Assembly (NCBI GenBank): GCA_040224245.1
Contig: JBEGIR010000068.1
Coordinates: 17,283-81,282 of the forward strand
Source: Puniceicoccaceae bacterium
GTDB lineage: Bacteria; Verrucomicrobiota; Verrucomicrobiia; Opitutales; JAFGAQ01
Reading direction: 5' to 3'
Length of the DNA: 64,000 nucleotides
The notes beneath the pieces were generated by a model. It saw only the letters and a list, made by a program, of their open reading frames with translations, had not been told where the DNA came from and made no database searches. Of the stretch, positions 59,367 to 64,000 are shown in pieces. Both the position numbers and the translations under genes were made by a program. Positions within the stretch are counted from its first letter, which is position 1. Every line of letters begins with the position of its first letter.

Positions 59367-60493
59367 ATGTCTATCTCTCCCACAATTCCATCCACTGCCA
59401 TCGCTCGCTCTCATAACTTTTCTGCGGGTCCAGGTGCACTGCCAGACTGCGTACTGCAACAGGCGAGCGAAGCCATCCAGCGCTTGACCGATCTTCCGCT
59501 CTCAGTTCTGGGAGTCAGTCACCGTTCCCCATGGTTCACCAACCTGATCGATGAGCTTGAGGCCAATTTGCGTCAATTGATCGGACTTCCGCCGGAGTTT
59601 CACTGCCTGTCCTGCAAGGAGGGGGCACGCTGCAGTTCAGCATGATCCCCATGAATTTCCTTCGCGGCCAATCGCGGCCGTCCGCCTATCTGGACACGGG
59701 TTACTGGAGCCAGAAGGCCATCCCCGAAGCGCGGAGGGAGGGTACGGTTGAATTGTTATGGTCCGGAGAAGCGACAGGATACACGCGCCTGCCCACTCCG
59801 GCTGAACTCGATGCCAGCCGATCTTGGTCCTACCTTCATTATGCATCCAATGAGACGGTGGAAGGGCTTCAGTTTCAGACCGAACCTCCTGTACACCCGT
59901 CAACGGCGCGCATCTGCGACATGTCCTCCGATTTCCTCTCCCGCCCGTTCGATGCCAATCGCTATGCCATGATCTACGCCCATGCGCAGAAAAATCTCGG
60001 ACCAGCAGGAGTGAACATTTGCCTGGTACACGACTCATTACTCGAACGCTGTTCGCCCGAACTGCATGCCATGCTCGATTATCGCAACCACATTCAGATG
60101 CGTTCGGCTTACAATACCCCACCAGTGTTTGCCATCTATGTGGTGATGCTGGTCACGCGCTGGCTGATGAACGACGTCGGAGGACTCGCTGCCATGCAGC
60201 ACCTCAACGAAACCAAAGCCAAAACGATCTATGCCGCCATCGACAACTCTGGTGGCTTCTACCGTGGTCGTGTGGCGCGAGAGAGTCGCTCGCTCATGAA
60301 TGTCGCTTTCAACATCCACGATGCTCGCCTCGAGACGCTTTGCTGGCAAGAAGCCGAACAGGCAGGATTTTATGGACTCGCGGGACATCGATCCGTGGGT
60401 GGCTTGCGAGCCTCCCTCTACAACCCGGTGACCGTTGCTTCATGCGAAGCACTCGCCGAATTTCTCAACGATTTCCGCTCCCGCCATGGCTGA
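59367..60493 (+). pseudogene. serC: phosphoserine aminotransferase interrupted by a 1-nt frameshift near 59610
   Basis: The N-terminal part (SHNFSAGPGALP...LGVSHRSPWF...PPEFHCL) and the C-terminal part (LQGGGTLQFSMIPMNFL...GHRSVGGLRASLYN) are collinear with SerC but lie in different frames. Two nucleotides (tc, 59610-59611) sit where one codon is expected. Confidence 0.85.
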
Positions 60494-61361
60494 TCCTTCT
60501 GCACACTCCAACACGAGCGGAGTCCAGGAGCATGCCTGGCCCGTCTACCGCAACAACATTGTTGATTTTCTCAATCACTCCCGCAAACGCCATCATATCT
60601 CGGCACTCTGGGAGGCTGATGTCACGGAGTGTCAGGCCCGACTGCGCTACCTGCAACGTCGCACACGCATCGCGATTTCCTTTAACGCCTATCTGGTGTT
60701 TCTACTCTCCCGAGCCACGTTGAAACACCCCGAGATCCAATCCGTGCGCATTCCGTTTCGTCGCAAAACCGCATGCTTCGATGGCGTCGACGTGGGCACC
60801 GCCATCCCGGGACGCACCCCCGATCAGCGAACCATTGCGCTCGCGCACACCATCCGCAACGCCCACGCAAAGTCCCTCGCGCAAATTTGCCTCGAAATGC
60901 GCGAGGCCAGCAACCGCAACGCATTTGACCATCCCGACATCCGCTGGCGCTACCGTCTGGCACATTACCCCGCCTGGATGCGCCGCTGGTTCTGGCGGTG
61001 GGTCGATGCTGACCCCGCCCGCAGGCGCAGGATTCGCGGTACCATTGGCATCACCAACGTCAGCTTCCTCGGTGACGGCAAGCATCTCGCTTTTGGCATT
61101 CCCATGCCACTGCTGACCACCAACCTCTGTGTGGGAGCCGTGTATGAAAAACTCGAACCCGCACCCCAGCAGCCCAAGGGCTTTGAGACCCGGAAAAAAA
61201 TTTGCCTCACGTTGCAGAGCGATCATGACGTGGTGGATGGTGCTCCGCTCGGATTGTTTGTCCGCACTTTCACCCAGTCGCTCGAGCAGGCGCATGGATT
61301 GCACGACGCTTTCGCAGACGAGCTGGTTTCCCTGCACGCAACGCACCGAACTTCCCGCTAA
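60486..61361 (+). CDS. stand-alone 2-oxoacid dehydrogenase E2-like (CAT-fold) acyltransferase
   Basis: ~291 aa with a catalytic-His motif of the DHRxxDG type (LQSDHDVVDGAP) near the C-terminus. There is no lipoyl or subunit-binding domain. Its ATG overlaps the serC stop (ATGGCTGA). Confidence 0.6.
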   Translation: MADPSAHSNTSGVQEHAWPVYRNNIVDFLNHSRKRHHISALWEADVTECQARLRYLQRRTRIAISFNAYLVFLLSRATLKHPEIQSVRIPFRRKTACFDGVDVGTAIPGRTPDQRTIALAHTIRNAHAKSLAQICLEMREASNRNAFDHPDIRWRYRLAHYPAWMRRWFWRWVDADPARRRRIRGTIGITNVSFLGDGKHLAFGIPMPLLTTNLCVGAVYEKLEPAPQQPKGFETRKKICLTLQSDHDVVDGAPLGLFVRTFTQSLEQAHGLHDAFADELVSLHATHRTSR

Positions 61362-61367
61362 TCTGTC

Positions 61368-62729
61368 ATGATCGCCAAAACGCAACTGCTTGCCCCCTTC
61401 CACCCTGGGAAAGGTCTGTCCGGAAGCTTTCGGGACATTGTGGCCGGACCCTCCACTTTCTACGAACACGTCGCCTGGCAACACAACGGCATCGCCCGGG
61501 TGCGCGCTTTTCACCGCGTGGTTCACATTGTCGCGCACCCGGACTATGTGCATCAGATTCTGGTCTCCAAGCAACGCCAGTACCGCAAGAGCGACATCTA
61601 TCAGAACCTCGAGCAAATGATCGGGCGCGGCCTGGTCACGCTCGAAGGCGATCTCTGGCGCAAGGACCGGAAGATCATCCAACCGGGATTTCATCCCAAG
61701 GTGATCGCCCACATGGTCGACATTGCACATTCCTCCTGCGACAGTATTTTTGCGCAGTGGTCCCGCAATGCCGAGGCATTTCAACCCGTTGTTCCCGCAT
61801 TGCGCGAAATCAGTCTGCGCATCATCAGCGAAACGCTGCTCAATACCAGTCTCGACGCGATGAAGAGCAGTCGATTCTCGGAAAACCTGATGGAGGCATC
61901 TGCACTGCTCACGCGGAAAAACTGGAGCCTGCTTCAGCTGCCCGAACGCTGGCCCACCCCAATCAACCGCCGTCTGCGAAGCATTCGCATGGAGGTGATC
62001 CGGTTTTTCGATGAACAGGTCAACAGACGACTCAGCGAAGGCGTGGGCAAGCGGGGCGACATGCTCGACTTGCTGCTCAGCGTTATGGATCAGGAAGAGG
62101 AACCCACCATCACCCGACAGCGCGTGCTCACGGAGATCCTCACGCTTTTCAGCGCGGGCTACGATACAACCTCGAGCGCCATCGCCTGGACGATCCACTA
62201 TCTCTCCCAGTTCCCGGATTATCAGCTTCGACTCCAGGAAGAGGTTGACCGCGTGCTAGGTCAGCGCCTTCCCACCTGGCAGGACCTTGATGCGCTCGTC
62301 GAAACCGAACGCGTTTTCCATGAAGCACTTCGCCTCAATCCCCCGATTCACAGCATCCTGCGCACGGCCACGGCTGACGACCAACTGGGACCGTATTTCA
62401 TTCCAGCAGGAAGTCAGTTGATGGTATCACTCAGTGGAGCCAATCATTCGCCCCTGCATTGGGAACATGCGCTGGAATTTGACCCTGACCGCTTCACCAC
62501 AGAAGTCGGAAAACGCGCAAAAGAGCGGGCCTTTGTCCCCTTCTCGGCAGGAGCACGTCGCTGCATTGGTGCCCAGTTTGCCACGGTGGAAGCCAAACTG
62601 CTGCTCGCCCGCATCGCCCAGCGCTTCACGCTGACACCCGATCCGCAGTCCACCATCCGCATCAGTGCCGCTGCATCCCAATACCCAGAGGGTTTGCGCG
62701 TGCGATTCACTGCAAGAACATCCCGTTGA
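61368..62729 (+). CDS. cytochrome P450
   Basis: I-helix AGYDTTS, the ExxR region (HEALRLNPP), and the haem-thiolate loop FSAGARRCIGAQFA. Confidence 0.93.
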   Translation: MIAKTQLLAPFHPGKGLSGSFRDIVAGPSTFYEHVAWQHNGIARVRAFHRVVHIVAHPDYVHQILVSKQRQYRKSDIYQNLEQMIGRGLVTLEGDLWRKDRKIIQPGFHPKVIAHMVDIAHSSCDSIFAQWSRNAEAFQPVVPALREISLRIISETLLNTSLDAMKSSRFSENLMEASALLTRKNWSLLQLPERWPTPINRRLRSIRMEVIRFFDEQVNRRLSEGVGKRGDMLDLLLSVMDQEEEPTITRQRVLTEILTLFSAGYDTTSSAIAWTIHYLSQFPDYQLRLQEEVDRVLGQRLPTWQDLDALVETERVFHEALRLNPPIHSILRTATADDQLGPYFIPAGSQLMVSLSGANHSPLHWEHALEFDPDRFTTEVGKRAKERAFVPFSAGARRCIGAQFATVEAKLLLARIAQRFTLTPDPQSTIRISAAASQYPEGLRVRFTARTSR

Positions 62730-62732
62730 AAC

Positions 62733-63329
62733 ATGGCAGATCCGATGAATGCATCCACAGCGCGTTCCGTTCGAGATCCTGAAAGGCAGTGGATCCCCGC
62801 CACGCTTCGCATGCACGACCCTGCAGTCGTTGAGCACTACGAGCGCACGCTCTACCAAAGTTTTTTCCCCATCCTGCAACGCAATCCGCTCATCCGTGAT
62901 CTCTGGATCTGGGATGACCAACAAAAGCGTCTGCGCACCCAGGTTCCCTATGAGGACCAGTGGGTCGTCGCTCTGACACACGGCATTGAGCAATGCTACT
63001 GCATCAGCGTCGGCATCAATCTACGCGTTGACCGATACTGGCAGTCAGGCAGTTATGAATTTCCACAACCCACCCCTGCCGGCAGTGCCTGCGAATTCCT
63101 GATCATGGCACATGGTGACGCACCGATCCAACATGGCCCGACCGTGATTCGCAAGCTGGTAACCGAATACCTCTTGCCCCAACTCCAGCAACGGGGCTTT
63201 GAGGCGGCATACGCCACCTGCGCCGATCACCTGCTGCGTCTCTACCTTCGCATGGGAGCAGAAAAAATTGACGAACGCGAGGTGAACGCACACCCACGGC
63301 ACTTGCTGCGCTGGGTGCTACGATCCTAG
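62733..63329 (+). CDS. hypothetical protein, possibly GNAT-fold acyltransferase
   Basis: 198-aa ORF starting 3 nt after the P450 stop. The C-terminal half (LLPQLQQRGFEAAYATCADHLLRLYLRMGAEKI) is loosely GNAT or N-acyl-synthase-like. Weak assignment. Confidence 0.4.
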   Translation: MADPMNASTARSVRDPERQWIPATLRMHDPAVVEHYERTLYQSFFPILQRNPLIRDLWIWDDQQKRLRTQVPYEDQWVVALTHGIEQCYCISVGINLRVDRYWQSGSYEFPQPTPAGSACEFLIMAHGDAPIQHGPTVIRKLVTEYLLPQLQQRGFEAAYATCADHLLRLYLRMGAEKIDEREVNAHPRHLLRWVLRS

Positions 63330-63415
63330 TCGGTCCCAGCAGGTGTCATAGCCATGCGCGACCCGCACTCAGGGTGCATGGACCCGCATGGCGCTTCCAC
63401 CGTGAGTCACCTGAT

Positions 63416-64000
63416 TCAGAAGTCGTTGACCCGGAACCAGTGCATGAAGACCTCAAACCACCGGTTGGCAGTGTTTCCGGGGTAGCCAAGTCCAAATCCA
63501 TGGCCGCCATTCTGATAGAGGTGAAACTCCACCGGAATTCCCGCTTCATACCAGGATTGGATCAGCCCAAACTGGCCACGAAAGAGAAAATCATCACTTG
63601 CAATCACCGCAAACAGGGGTGGTGCATTCTCCGGAACCTCCACGGCCTGCATTCCACCATAGATGGGTGCGATGAAGGCCAGCTTCATGCTGTCGGAATT
63701 CAGCGTGCTGTGCATGGTCAGTCCGGCTCCAGCAGAAAATCCCATCATGCCAATGCGATTCACATCCACGCCCCACTCTTCCGCACGATCCACAATCATG
63801 GCATAGGCAGTTTCCGCATCTTCGAGTTGGTTCGACAGGTCCCAGTTCGGTCGGCGGGGCCGCTCGGTTTGGGAGCCATCTGCTCCTTCACCCGCTTCAG
63901 CAAAGCGACGGTTCATCTGATTCTCAAACTCCTCGAGCGAATCAACGGTCGGTTGCAAGCGGTACTTCAACACAAAGGCGGCAATGCCCTGCTCGGCCAG
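63416..64000 (-). CDS. alpha/beta hydrolase (esterase), 5' end beyond the window
   Basis: The frame stays open to base 64000 (...LAEQGIAAFVLKYRL...). It has a nucleophile elbow (MMGFSAGAGL) and a C-terminal GGHGFG histidine region. Confidence 0.75.
   Translation of the reverse strand: MAEQGIAAFVLKYRLQPTVDSLEEFENQMNRRFAEAGEGADGSQTERPRRPNWDLSNQLEDAETAYAMIVDRAEEWGVDVNRIGMMGFSAGAGLTMHSTLNSDSMKLAFIAPIYGGMQAVEVPENAPPLFAVIASDDFLFRGQFGLIQSWYEAGIPVEFHLYQNGGHGFGLGYPGNTANRWFEVFMHWFRVNDF

Noticed and set aside
59620-59625. Run of five G as the site of the serC frameshift
   Set aside because: The correct SerC frame (LQGGGT) is already being read through this run, so the indel must lie upstream at about 59610.
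60702-62198. 498-aa minus-strand ORF
   Set aside because: Antisense to the E2-like acyltransferase and the P450, which has an intact haem loop on the plus strand; a shadow ORF.
1-64000. Prophage, integrative element, toxin-antitoxin or known defence-system genes
   Set aside because: No integrase, transposase, recombinase, phage structural, reverse transcriptase, nuclease-helicase or small paired TA-like ORFs were recognisable. There is also no flanking tRNA or long direct repeats.

Overview
This is a 64-kb, moderately GC-rich, densely coding chromosomal window with about 47 supportable protein genes. I saw no rRNA, tRNA, CRISPR array, integrase or transposase. The gene content suggests a polysaccharide-degrading member of the PVC superphylum (Verrucomicrobiota-like), but that is inference only. 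The supporting genes are Tat-exported Gfo/Idh/MocA oxidoreductases, a tandem-DUF1080 protein, an ECF sigma with a FecR/LamG anti-sigma, a PL10-like pectate lyase, giant beta-propeller hybrid sensor kinases and an HDOD protein. Recognisable housekeeping genes are lysC (3' end), thrC, lysS, parA-like, rnc, mfd, a SurA-like PPIase, yhhQ, tgt, ppk1, leuB and serC. No classical mobile or defence island is evident. The items most worth a second look are: (1) a yhhQ-tgt pair whose TGT lacks two of three zinc-site cysteines and has a Gly at the Val233-equivalent pocket position; (2) a membrane-anchored STAND-type ATPase followed by HDOD and gamma-glutamylcyclotransferase-like genes; (3) three tandem propeller/Y_Y_Y hybrid kinases around a pectate lyase, none with a DNA-binding or Hpt output; (4) an ApbE/DUF4198/DUF2271/PepSY-TM module with a near-canonical flavinylation motif; (5) a serC interrupted by a 1-nt frameshift that heads a tight serC / E2-like acyltransferase / P450 / GNAT-like gene string; (6) a 654-nt gene-free convergent gap holding an AT-rich island and several strong hairpins, a candidate unannotated RNA. 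All family assignments rest on motifs read by eye and recalled from memory, since no searches could be run.
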